Source: Betaproteobacteria bacterium
Lineage (GTDB): Bacteria > Pseudomonadota > Gammaproteobacteria > Burkholderiales > Ga0077523
DNA: 64,000 bases
Direction: 5' to 3'
Assembly: GCA_016713305.1 (NCBI GenBank)
Contig: JADJPK010000008.1
Coordinates: 360,192 to 424,191, forward strand
Shown in pieces: positions 9,186 to 17,928 of the stretch. The notes under the pieces are model-generated. The model was not told where the DNA came from and ran no database searches. It saw nothing but the letters and a program-made list of their open reading frames with translations. Each line of letters opens with the position of its first letter. Positions within the stretch are counted from its first letter, which is position 1. A program made the translations under genes and the position numbers.

Positions 9186-10000
9186 CCGACGCCATCGCCA
9201 AGACCGCCTTCTACTGCGCAGGTGCCCGCATGCTCGACGCGCGCGCCGCCTCACCCCTCGTGGACGACCGTCTGGCCGAACGGTTGATGGGAGAGCAGGG
9301 CATGCAGATCTTCGAAGCGTTCCGCGGGTTGCGGCATCCCAACGGCTCGGTGGTCGCGCGGCACAAGATCATCGATGACGCGTTGCGCGAACGGTTCAAG
9401 GGCCGTCCGGAACGCCTGGCGGTGGTCCTGGGTGCCGGGCTGGACACCCGTGCGTTCCGCTTCCGTACCGGCCGGTGGGTCGAGATCGACATGCCGGGCA
9501 CGCTCGACTACAAGGAACGGCTGCTGCCGGCGGCGAGCTGTCCCGTGCCGCTCACGCGGATCGGTCTGGACCTCTCGCGCGGTTCGCTCGAGGACACGCT
9601 GTCGCCCTACGCCACCTCCAAGAAGGTGAGCGTGATCGTGGAGGGGGTCTTCATGTACCTCGACGAATCCGTCGCCGCGAACATGGCAAGGGCCCTGTCG
9701 AAACTGTTTCCGAACCACACCCTGATCTGTGACCTCCTCTCGCGCCGGTTCGCCCGCCGTTACGCGGGGCCGCTGCGCAATGCGCTGTCGCAACTGGGGG
9801 CCGAACTCACCTGGACGCCGGACGATCCGGTCAAGGCTTTCCGCCGCATCGGCTACGAACGCGTGGGCGGTTCGTCCATCGTGCTGCGCGCCGCCGAGTG
9901 GAAGTCGATTCCGGTCGCGACCTGGGCCGTGCGCTGGCTTCTTCCGACGTTGCGCGACGGTTACGCCGTCCACCTCTTCAAGCCGGCATCCGCAAGCTGA
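9182..10000 (+). CDS. Class I SAM-dependent methyltransferase (leucine carboxyl methyltransferase/TIGR00027-like)
   Basis: MTDAIAKTAFYCAGARMLDA..., ...VVLGAGLDTRAFRF... and ...VIVEGVFMYLDE... are typical LCM-family motifs. Confidence 0.85.
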   Translation: MTDAIAKTAFYCAGARMLDARAASPLVDDRLAERLMGEQGMQIFEAFRGLRHPNGSVVARHKIIDDALRERFKGRPERLAVVLGAGLDTRAFRFRTGRWVEIDMPGTLDYKERLLPAASCPVPLTRIGLDLSRGSLEDTLSPYATSKKVSVIVEGVFMYLDESVAANMARALSKLFPNHTLICDLLSRRFARRYAGPLRNALSQLGAELTWTPDDPVKAFRRIGYERVGGSSIVLRAAEWKSIPVATWAVRWLLPTLRDGYAVHLFKPASAS

Positions 10001-10045
10001 GTCCGCCGGTGGCGCGCTGCCGCGCAATCGGCGGGAACCTCGCGC

Positions 10046-10342
10046 TCAGACGAGCTTCTTCTTGTCGAAGAACGCCTTGCGCCAGCGCGTGACCGTCACC
10101 TTCTCGAACAGCCCGGCCTTCGTGAACGGATCCTCGGCAATGAAGCGTTCCGCGGCCGCGCGATCCTCCGTGTCCACGAGAAGCACGCCGCCGTGGCCGC
10201 CCGTTCCGTCGTCATCGATGAGCGCACCGGCCGCGAGGAGCAGGTGCTGATTGGCGGTGAGGTACTCGAGGTGCGCGGGGCGGGCAGCGGCCCGCACTTC
10301 GGCGCTCCCGGGCTTGTCGACGGTCTGGATGGCGTAGGGCAT
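10046..10342 (-). CDS. YciI family protein
   Basis: 98-aa protein from the ATG at 10342, with RBS ggagaag upstream. MPYAIQTVDKPGS..RPAHLEYL.....LLAAGAL...GG..GGVLLVD..DRAAAERFIAEDPF.KAGLF is characteristic of YciI. Confidence 0.85.
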   Translation of the reverse strand: MPYAIQTVDKPGSAEVRAAARPAHLEYLTANQHLLLAAGALIDDDGTGGHGGVLLVDTEDRAAAERFIAEDPFTKAGLFEKVTVTRWRKAFFDKKKLV

Positions 10343-10760
10343 GAAAGATCTTCTCCGCAAGGAATTCAGGTCGAAGTTGCCGACGTGTTTGCCGTCAGCA
10401 GTCCGCATTGCCGACTGCCAGCGGGCCTGCACCGCCGGCCGCATCGCTGCACGGACGGCAACGCTGATCGCCGCACGGCCGCACAACGGTGGAGCGCCAT
10501 CGACGCACGCGTGCTCCATTGATGCGCCCGGGTTGCGCTTGAACGTCGATGACTGACCCCGGGGAAGCATCTTAACGCCGCGATGGTGCTGCACGCGCGT
10601 CTCGTTCGCACGTCTTTCCGCCCGCGATGCGCTCGACGATGAAACTTAAGCGCGACGTCCCCGATCCAAGGGGCATCGCACGATGAGATGCCACCCATCA
10701 AATCGAGGACCCCGACGGTCCCGCAGTTCATTCCCGGAGACCTGCCCCTTCGCAGGGTGC

Positions 10761-10776
10761 TGGCACCCAATTCGCT
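10761..10776 (+). promoter_or_regulatory. Candidate sigma54 (-24/-12) promoter upstream of prkA
   Basis: TGGCACCCAATTCGCT compared with consensus TGGCACG-N4-TTGCW. GG/GC spacing is correct and there is one mismatch in the -12 box (TCGC for TTGC). It sits ~290 nt upstream of the prkA ATG in a ~700-nt non-coding leader. Confidence 0.4.
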
Positions 10777-11051
10777 CTGTCTTCCCTCAGGAAGGCGTTT
10801 CGCGCACCGATGTGCCTGGCGGTGACGGTCCGGTCTGCCCGATCCGGGCAGCGCGTGCCCGAGAGGCGGAATGGCGGCACGCCGGGTCCTCCGGCAGTCA
10901 TTCGTGCGCGTTGAAGGTGTCGCGCAGCCGGGAAACGGTCGCAACGGCTTCAGAAAGATCGGGTATTGGTCGTTTCAGGGAACAACAACAAGCGAAGAGG
11001 CGGAGAGACGAGTCGACATGCCGTAAAACGCAGGTGAATGGAGAAGGATCG

Positions 11052-12977
11052 ATGATGAAGATCGCTGAAGGGTACAAGGCCAGATATTCGTCCAGCCAGG
11101 CCGATGAGATGTCGGTGGAGGAATATCTGGAGCTTTGCAGGAAGGACCCGGCGGTGTATGCAAGTGCCGCGGAACGGATGCTCGCGGCAATCGGCGAACC
11201 TGAAGTCGTCGACACCCGGCTCGACCCAAGGCTGTCGCGGCTCTTCTCCAACCGGGTCATCAAGCGCTATCCCGCCTTTGCCGAGTTCTACGGCATGGAG
11301 GACGTGGTGGCGCAGATCGTCGCCTTCTTCAAGCACGCCGCCCAGGGTCTCGAGGAGAAGAAGCAGATCCTCTATCTTCTGGGTCCGGTGGGCGGCGGGA
11401 AGTCCTCCATCGCCGAGCGCCTCAAGCAGCTGATGGAAAAGCGTCCCATCTATGCGCTCAAGGGCTCTCCCGTCAACGAATCCCCCCTGGGGCTCTTCGC
11501 GCCCGAGGAGTTCGGCGACACGCTTCTTGCCGATTACGGCATTCCCCGCCGGTACCTCAGCGGCATCATGTCGCCCTGGGCCATCAAGCGCCTGCAGGAA
11601 TTCGACGGCGACATCTCGCAGTTCCGCGTCGTGCGCATCCAGCCTTCGGTGCTGCGGCAGGTCGCCATCGCCAAGACCGAACCCGGCGACGAAAACAATC
11701 AGGACATCTCCTCTCTGGTCGGCAAAGTGGATATCCGCAAGCTCGACCGCTACGCCCAGGACGACCCCGACGCCTACAGCTACTCCGGCGGGCTGTGCCT
11801 GGCGAACCAGGGGCTGCTCGAGTTCGTGGAGATGTTCAAGGCGCCGATCAAGATGCTGCACCCCCTGCTGACGGCCACCCAGGAGGGCAACTTCAAGGGC
11901 ACCGAGGGCTTCTCGGCCATTCCGTTCAGCGGCGTGATCCTGGCGCACAGCAACGAATCGGAATGGCAATCTTTCCGCAACAACCGGCACAACGAGGCTT
12001 TCCTCGACCGTATCTACATCGTCAAGGTGCCCTACTGCCTGCAGGTGTCGGACGAGATGCGGATCTACGAAAAGCTCGTGAGGAACAGCGCGCTCGCCCA
12101 TGCGCCGTGCGCTCCCCACACCCTGGAGATGATGGCGCAGTTCTCCGTCCTGTCTCGCCTGAAGGACCCGGAGAACTCCAGCCTGTACTCCAAGATGCGG
12201 GTGTACGACGGCGAGAGCCTGAAGGACACCGATCCGCGCGCCAAGTCCTATCAGGAATACCGCGAGTACGCCGGACCGGACGAGGGCATGACGGGGATCT
12301 CCACACGCTTCGCCTACAAGATCCTGTCGACGGTGTTCAACCATGACCAGGTGGAGGTGGCCGCCAACCAGGTTCACCTCATGTACGTGCTGGAGCAGCG
12401 GATCGGCCGCGAGGACTTCCCGGACGAAACCAAGCGCAGGTACCTGGAGTTCATCAAGGGCTACCTCGCGCCGCGTTACGCGGAGTTCATCGGCAAGGAG
12501 ATCCAGACCGCGTACCTCGAGTCCTATTCCGAGTACGGCCAGAACATCTTCGACCGTTACGTCACGTACGCCGATTGCTGGATCCAGGACGAGGAGTTCC
12601 GCGACCCCGACACCGGCGAGTTCTTCGACCGTTCGGCGCTCAATACCGAGCTCGAGAAGATCGAGAAGCCGGCCGGCATCGCCAATCCGAAGGACTTCCG
12701 CAACGAGATCGTGAACTTCGTGCTGCGGGCGCGTGCGAACAACGGCGGCAAGAATCCCGTGTGGAGCAGCTACGAGAAACTGCGCGAGGTCATCGAGAAG
12801 AAGATGTTCTCCAGCACCGAAGATCTGCTGCCGGTGATCTCCTTCAACGCCAAGGCGTCCACGGAGGATCAGAAGAAGCACCAGAACTTCGTGGACCGCA
12901 TGGTGGCCAAGGGGTACACCGAGAAGCAGGTCCGTCTGCTCTCGGAGTGGTACCTCCGGGTCCAGAAGTCCTCGTGA
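11052..12977 (+). CDS. prkA: PrkA family serine protein kinase (YeaG-like)
   Basis: ATG at 11052 after RBS ggagaagg, giving 641 aa. Walker A LLGPVGGGKSS. The similarity along the whole length is PrkA/YeaG-like (...FYGMEDVV..IV.FFKHAAQGLEEKKQILYLLGPVGGGKSS...). Confidence 0.95.
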   Translation: MMKIAEGYKARYSSSQADEMSVEEYLELCRKDPAVYASAAERMLAAIGEPEVVDTRLDPRLSRLFSNRVIKRYPAFAEFYGMEDVVAQIVAFFKHAAQGLEEKKQILYLLGPVGGGKSSIAERLKQLMEKRPIYALKGSPVNESPLGLFAPEEFGDTLLADYGIPRRYLSGIMSPWAIKRLQEFDGDISQFRVVRIQPSVLRQVAIAKTEPGDENNQDISSLVGKVDIRKLDRYAQDDPDAYSYSGGLCLANQGLLEFVEMFKAPIKMLHPLLTATQEGNFKGTEGFSAIPFSGVILAHSNESEWQSFRNNRHNEAFLDRIYIVKVPYCLQVSDEMRIYEKLVRNSALAHAPCAPHTLEMMAQFSVLSRLKDPENSSLYSKMRVYDGESLKDTDPRAKSYQEYREYAGPDEGMTGISTRFAYKILSTVFNHDQVEVAANQVHLMYVLEQRIGREDFPDETKRRYLEFIKGYLAPRYAEFIGKEIQTAYLESYSEYGQNIFDRYVTYADCWIQDEEFRDPDTGEFFDRSALNTELEKIEKPAGIANPKDFRNEIVNFVLRARANNGGKNPVWSSYEKLREVIEKKMFSSTEDLLPVISFNAKASTEDQKKHQNFVDRMVAKGYTEKQVRLLSEWYLRVQKSS

Positions 12978-13029
12978 GGCGGCCTTCCATGAATCTTGTG
13001 TCTCGAACGCGGGCGGGAACCGGACGACC

Positions 13030-14304
13030 ATGAACCGACTGGTCGATCGCCGGTTGAACGGACGCAACCGGAGCGCGGTCAACCGGGAGCGTTTTCTCCG
13101 CCGTTACAAGGATCACATCCGCCGCTCGGTGAAGGGCATGATCGCCGAGCGTTCCATCGGCGACATGGCCAAGGGCGGCGAGGTGAAGGTCCCGGTCAAG
13201 GACCTCTCGGAACCGGGGTTCGGCTATGGTCAGGGCGGGGACTGGGAGCACGTCCATCCGGGCAACCGCGAGTTCACGGCCGGGGATCGCATCAAGCGTC
13301 CCGACGGAGGCGCCGGCGGAGGTCGGGGCGAGGGCGATTCCGGTTCGGGGGAGGTGGTGGACGAGTTCGTGTTCACGCTTTCCCGCGACGAATTCCTGAA
13401 CATCTTCTTCGAGGATCTCGAGCTTCCCAACCTCATGCGCACGGCTGTGGCCGAGAGCGAGGACACCAAGCTCGTCCGGGCGGGCTACGTGAAGGACGGC
13501 ACTCCGTCGAATCTCAGCGTGGTCCGCACCATGAAGACGGCACTCGCGCGGCGGATTGCGCTGGGCGGACCGATCAGGAAGGAACTGCGATGCCTTGCCG
13601 AAGAACGCGAGACGGCGCTTCGCGACAGCCGTCCGCAAGCGGACATCGAGGCGCTCGACACGAAGATCGCGGAACTGGAGGCCCAGCTCGCGCGCCTGCC
13701 CTTTCTCGACGATGTCGATCTGCGCTACCGGCACAGGGTGGCCGTTCCGCGGCCGGCGGCGCGGGCCGTGATGTTCTGCCTCATGGACGTGTCCGCGTCC
13801 ATGGACGAGCGCAAGAAGGATCTCGCCAAGCGCTTCTATACGCTGCTGTATCTCTTCCTGATGCGGCGTTACGAGCGGGTCGATCTGGTCTTCATCCGTC
13901 ACACGGACGAGGCGCAGGAGGTGGACGAGGACACGTTCTTCCACGATACGCGCAGCGGCGGCACTGTGGTGTTCTCGGCGCTGGAGCTGATGGCACAGAT
14001 CGTCACCGCACGCTATCCGCCGGACGACTGGAACATCTATGCGGCGCAGGCCTCCGACGGCGATGCCTTCGGCGCGGATCCGGCCAAGAGCGCCCGGTTC
14101 CTGCGCGAGACGCTGCTGCCCCTGACGCGGTATTTCGCTTATATCGAATGTCCGGCGGAGCATCAGACCGGGCAGAGCAGCCTGTGGGTGGAGTACCAGG
14201 AGCTGCAGAGGCCGGATCTCAACTTCGCCATGCGGCGGGTCTACCATCCCTCGGAGATCTACCCCGTGTTCCGGGATCTCTTCCGCAAGGAGCGTGTGAC
14301 ATGA
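13030..14304 (+). CDS. YeaH/YhbH family protein (DUF444, UPF0229)
   Basis: MNRLVDRRLNGRNRSAVNRERFLRRYKDHIR... is the typical DUF444 N-terminus. The C-terminal vWA-like part reads ...VMFCLMDVSASMDE... It directly follows prkA. Confidence 0.92.
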   Translation: MNRLVDRRLNGRNRSAVNRERFLRRYKDHIRRSVKGMIAERSIGDMAKGGEVKVPVKDLSEPGFGYGQGGDWEHVHPGNREFTAGDRIKRPDGGAGGGRGEGDSGSGEVVDEFVFTLSRDEFLNIFFEDLELPNLMRTAVAESEDTKLVRAGYVKDGTPSNLSVVRTMKTALARRIALGGPIRKELRCLAEERETALRDSRPQADIEALDTKIAELEAQLARLPFLDDVDLRYRHRVAVPRPAARAVMFCLMDVSASMDERKKDLAKRFYTLLYLFLMRRYERVDLVFIRHTDEAQEVDEDTFFHDTRSGGTVVFSALELMAQIVTARYPPDDWNIYAAQASDGDAFGADPAKSARFLRETLLPLTRYFAYIECPAEHQTGQSSLWVEYQELQRPDLNFAMRRVYHPSEIYPVFRDLFRKERVT

Positions 14305-14341
14305 CAGCACGTGACCGAACACATCGCGGGGAGGGGCGCCC

Positions 14342-15847
14342 GTGAACGCCATCGCCGATCTCATGTTGCCGCACGGTCCCGAATGGGACTTCGAGGCGTT
14401 GGAACAGTACGACCGGGTCATTGCGCGCACGGCCGTGGAGTACGGTTTGGACACGTATTTGAATCAGATCGAGATTATCAATTTTGAGCAGATACTCAAT
14501 GCCTACGCCTCCAGCGGCCTGCCGCTCGGCTATCCGCACTGGTCGTTCGGCAAGGCCTTCATCCGGCACGAGCAGGCCTACCGCAAGGGCTACCAGGGTC
14601 TCGCCTACGAGATCGTGATCAACTCCAACCCCTGCATCTCGTATCTGATGGAGGAGAATTCCCTCACGATGCAGGCGCTGGTGATCGCGCACGCGTGCTA
14701 CGGGCACAACTCGTTCTTCAAGGGCAACTACCTGTTCCGGCAGTTCACCCAGGCCGACGCGATCCTCGACTACCTGGTGTTCGCGCGCCGCTATGTCATG
14801 GAGTGCGAGGAGCGCCACGGGGCGGCGGAGGTGGAGGAGGTCATCGATTCCTGCCACGCGCTGATGGACTACGGGGTGGACCGCTATCGCAGGCCCCAGC
14901 CGATCTCCGCACGCGAACGCGAGGCGCGCCGCTCCGAGCAGCAGGAGTACGAGCGGCAGCAGTTCAACGATCTCTGGCGAACCCTGCCTGCCACGGAAGC
15001 CGCGCCCCTGCGATCCGCCGCGCAGTCGTTCCCGCCGGAGCCGGAAGAGAACATCCTCTATTTCGTGGAGAAGTATTCGCCACGGCTCGCGCCCTGGCAG
15101 CGCGAACTGGTGCGCATCGTCCGCAAGCTGGGCCAGTACTTCTATCCGCAGACCCAGACCAAGGTGATGAACGAGGGCTGGGCGACGTTCTGGCATTACA
15201 CGCTGCTCAACCGCCTCTACGAGAAGCGCGTGGTGGACGATGCGTTCATGATCGAATTCCTGCACGACCACACGAACGTCGTCGCGCAGCGCGGGTTCGA
15301 CGAGCGCGGCTATCACGGCATGAATCCCTACGCGCTGGGCTTTGCCATGATGTCCGACATCCGCCGGATGTGCGAGCACCCCACGGCCGAGGATCGCGAG
15401 TGGTTCCCCGATCTGGCCGGCACCGACTGGGTGAAGTCGCTGGACTTTGCCATGCGCAATTTCAAGGACGAATCCTTCATCGCGCAGTACCTGTCGCCCA
15501 AGCTGATCCGCGATTTCCGGCTGTTCGTGATCGCGGACCATGCAGAGGAAACCGATCTGCTCGTGGACAGCATCCACGACGAGCAGGGCTACCGGCGCGT
15601 GCGCCGCATGCTGGCCGATCAGCACCGCCGCGACAACCGCCTGCCCGACGTGCAGGTGACCCGGTTCGACCGCGACGGCGATCGCTCGCTCACGCTCCGC
15701 AACCAGATCTTGCGCGGCAGACCGCTCGCGGACGACGAAACGAACCAGGTCCTCCGCCACCTGGGCCGTCTCTGGGGTTTCACGGTTCGTCTGGAATCCG
15801 TGGACGCAGACGGGCGGATCGAGCGGTTCAGGGAATGGAGGCCCTAG
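14342..15847 (+). CDS. SpoVR family protein (YcgB-like)
   Basis: The GTG at 14342 is the first codon of the track ORF. ...YGLDTYLNQIEIINFEQILNAY...GLAYEIVINSNPCISYLMEENS...ACYGHNSFFKGNYLF... are SpoVR hallmarks. This is the third gene of the prkA operon. Confidence 0.92.
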   Translation: MNAIADLMLPHGPEWDFEALEQYDRVIARTAVEYGLDTYLNQIEIINFEQILNAYASSGLPLGYPHWSFGKAFIRHEQAYRKGYQGLAYEIVINSNPCISYLMEENSLTMQALVIAHACYGHNSFFKGNYLFRQFTQADAILDYLVFARRYVMECEERHGAAEVEEVIDSCHALMDYGVDRYRRPQPISAREREARRSEQQEYERQQFNDLWRTLPATEAAPLRSAAQSFPPEPEENILYFVEKYSPRLAPWQRELVRIVRKLGQYFYPQTQTKVMNEGWATFWHYTLLNRLYEKRVVDDAFMIEFLHDHTNVVAQRGFDERGYHGMNPYALGFAMMSDIRRMCEHPTAEDREWFPDLAGTDWVKSLDFAMRNFKDESFIAQYLSPKLIRDFRLFVIADHAEETDLLVDSIHDEQGYRRVRRMLADQHRRDNRLPDVQVTRFDRDGDRSLTLRNQILRGRPLADDETNQVLRHLGRLWGFTVRLESVDADGRIERFREWRP

Positions 15848-15851
15848 ATTC

Positions 15852-15957
15852 CCAGACCCCAGACCCTGGACCCTAGCCCTAGACCCCAGGCCCTGGACCC
15901 TAGACCCTAGACCCTGGACCCTGGACCCTGGCCCCGGACCCTGGACCGGGCCCCGGG
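15852..15957. repeat. Imperfect heptanucleotide tandem repeat, unit CYRGACC, about 15 units
   Basis: Read directly: ccagacc ccagacc ctggacc ctagcc ctagacc ccaggcc ctggacc ctagacc ctagacc ctggacc ctggacc ctggccc cggacc ctggacc gggcccc gggccc. It begins 5 nt after the spoVR stop (TAG 15845-15847) and lies ~165 nt upstream of the tauD-like start. Confidence 0.9.
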
Positions 15958-16123
15958 CCCGAGGAAATCGGCCGCGGGTCCCTCGTGCATCGCCGCCGCA
16001 GGCGGCCGAACCACCCTGGGGTCGAGGGTCCCGGCGGGACTCGGGCCTGGTTGAGAGCCTCGTCTATCGCCCGGATGTCCGTCCGTTCTATCCTTGTGCT
16101 CCTTGCCGGAGGGGAGAACAACG

Positions 16124-16999
16124 ATGACGCTCACGTTCCGCAGGCTGCATCCGCTCTTCGCGGCGGAAGTGGGCCCGGTCGAGCTGCGGCGCATTCACGA
16201 CCGACCCACGCTCGACGCCATACGGGCCGCCATGGACGAATACGCGGTTCTGGTGTTCCGCGACCAGCCGTTCACGGACGAGGAGCAGATGGCGTTCGCA
16301 CGCAGGCTCGACGGGGAACTGCACGCGAAGACCGGCGCCGCGGCCATCGGCAGGAGCCGTCTCGGGACCGAAGCCATTGCCGACATCTCGAACGTCGACG
16401 AGAAAGGCGACCTCCTCGATTCCGACGATCGCCGGCGGATGTACGCCCTGGGCAACCGCCTGTGGCACACCGACGCGTCGTTCCAGGATCCGCCCGGCCG
16501 GCTGTCGATGCTGTCCGCGCGTGTCGTGCCGCCCCGCGGCGGCGACACCGAATTCGCCGACATGCGGGCGGCCTACGATGCACTCGACCCCGATCTCAAG
16601 GCGGAGATCGAGCCGCTGCGCGCCCACCATTCCATCGCGCATTCGCGCCAGACGCTGGGTTTCGAATTCAACGAGGCGGAGCTCGGCCTGCTGCAGGGGG
16701 CGGCTCATCCGCTCGTGCGCATCAATCCCCGCACGGGGCGTCGTGCGCTGTACCTCGCGTCCCATGCCTCGCGCGTGCTGGACCGGCCGGTGCCGGAGGG
16801 GCGCCTGCTGCTCGGCGAACTGATCGAACATGCGACCCGCGCACCCTTCGTCTACCGCCACGCCTGGCGGCCGGGCGATCTGGTGATGTGGGACAACCTC
16901 GCCACGTTGCACCGCGCCACGCGATTCGCCGATGGAGCGCACCGGCGGGAGATGCGACGCGTGACGACGCTGGATCTGCCCGGGAACGCGGCGGCATAG
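16124..16999 (+). CDS. TauD/TfdA family Fe(II)/2-oxoglutarate-dependent dioxygenase
   Basis: ATG at 16124 after RBS ggagggga. ...LWHTDASFQDPPGRLSMLSA...GGDTEFADM... (HxD facial triad) and ...VMWDNLATLHRA... support the call. Confidence 0.9.
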   Translation: MTLTFRRLHPLFAAEVGPVELRRIHDRPTLDAIRAAMDEYAVLVFRDQPFTDEEQMAFARRLDGELHAKTGAAAIGRSRLGTEAIADISNVDEKGDLLDSDDRRRMYALGNRLWHTDASFQDPPGRLSMLSARVVPPRGGDTEFADMRAAYDALDPDLKAEIEPLRAHHSIAHSRQTLGFEFNEAELGLLQGAAHPLVRINPRTGRRALYLASHASRVLDRPVPEGRLLLGELIEHATRAPFVYRHAWRPGDLVMWDNLATLHRATRFADGAHRREMRRVTTLDLPGNAAA

Positions 17000-17081
17000 C
17001 GCAGAGCGCGCGCACTCTCGTCCGGCGCGGCGAGTCCCGACCTCCTGATGGCAAGGCACCCCGTGGCGTGGAAAGGTCGAG

Positions 17082-17906
17082 TCAGGGAGCTTCCCTGCTC
17101 GCCGCTTCGCCGGACGAGGCAAGACTTGCCGCGGCGGCGTCCCCGATCGCGGGAGCCGATTCCTTCAATTCCACGCCCGACAGCTTGCGCGTCCTCGCCT
17201 CGTTCATAAGGAACGAGAGCTTGTGCGCGGCCAGCGCGTACGACAGTCCCTCGGGCGGCCGGACGTTGGAGATGCAGTTGCGCTCGGCGTTGCTGCGTCC
17301 GGGGATGGGATCGTAGGTGAGATAGATTCCCAGGCTGTCCGGCGAGGACAGTCCCGGGCGTTCCCCGATCAGGATGACGCTCATGCGGGCGCCCAGCAGG
17401 GCGCCCACTTCGTCGGCCACCGCCACCCGGCCCTGTTCCACGATGCAAACAGGGGCCAGCGACCATCCGTCCTCCCGCAGACGGGGGGCGACACTGTCCA
17501 GCAGAGCGGCGGCGTGCGCTTCCGCGGCCCGTGCCGAAAGGCCGTCCGCGATCACGAACACGCAGTCGAAGGGAGTGTCCGGGCGCGGCCGGTCTTCGAG
17601 CGCGGTCCGCGACGGCTCCGACAGAATGCGGCCCAGATCCGGCCGGGCGATGTACGCGGCACGGTCGGCCGCTGCACTGTGCAGCCGGAGCACTTCGTGC
17701 CCCGAGGCTCCGAGCCGCTTGGCCAGGGCCTCTGCATCGAGTCCCAGCTGCACCGCGTCGCGCGCCTGCGCGTGCGCAAGCTGAAAACGCAACAGGGCCG
17801 CGGTGGGAAGGCTGCCGCCGGCCCGCCCCAGTCCGACGCGCGCGCTCGTGAGGCGGCTCAATTCGTTCCAGGGATCGGGACGGCCGACGCCGGTCGACTT
17901 CTTCAT
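17082..17906 (-). CDS. eutC: Ethanolamine ammonia-lyase light subunit
   Basis: ...TSARVGLGRAGGSLPT...LRFQLAHAQARDAV... and ...VILIGERPGLSSPDSLG.YLTY...NCISN.RP.GL... are EutC signatures. It lies downstream of eutB. Confidence 0.93.
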   Translation of the reverse strand: MKKSTGVGRPDPWNELSRLTSARVGLGRAGGSLPTAALLRFQLAHAQARDAVQLGLDAEALAKRLGASGHEVLRLHSAAADRAAYIARPDLGRILSEPSRTALEDRPRPDTPFDCVFVIADGLSARAAEAHAAALLDSVAPRLREDGWSLAPVCIVEQGRVAVADEVGALLGARMSVILIGERPGLSSPDSLGIYLTYDPIPGRSNAERNCISNVRPPEGLSYALAAHKLSFLMNEARTRKLSGVELKESAPAIGDAAAASLASSGEAASREAP

Positions 17907-17928
17907 GGAACGCCCGCTCCGGGTACCT

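Noticed and set aside
10950-15760. Long antisense ORFs over the prkA operon (10950..13082, 12844..14454, 14219..15760)
   Set aside because: They are fully antisense to three genes with strong family signatures. Their composition is biased (L/V/R/G/H-rich) with no motifs.
15900-16194. ORFs encoding Pro/Gly-rich peptides across the heptamer repeat (15900..16121, 15907..16194)
   Set aside because: These are produced by the repeat itself. The 7-nt period is not frame-preserving, so the 'protein' is a by-product. I also considered the resemblance of CCCTAGA/CCCTGGA units to telomere-type repeats. The units differ from known telomere motifs and the array is internal, so I treat that resemblance as coincidental.
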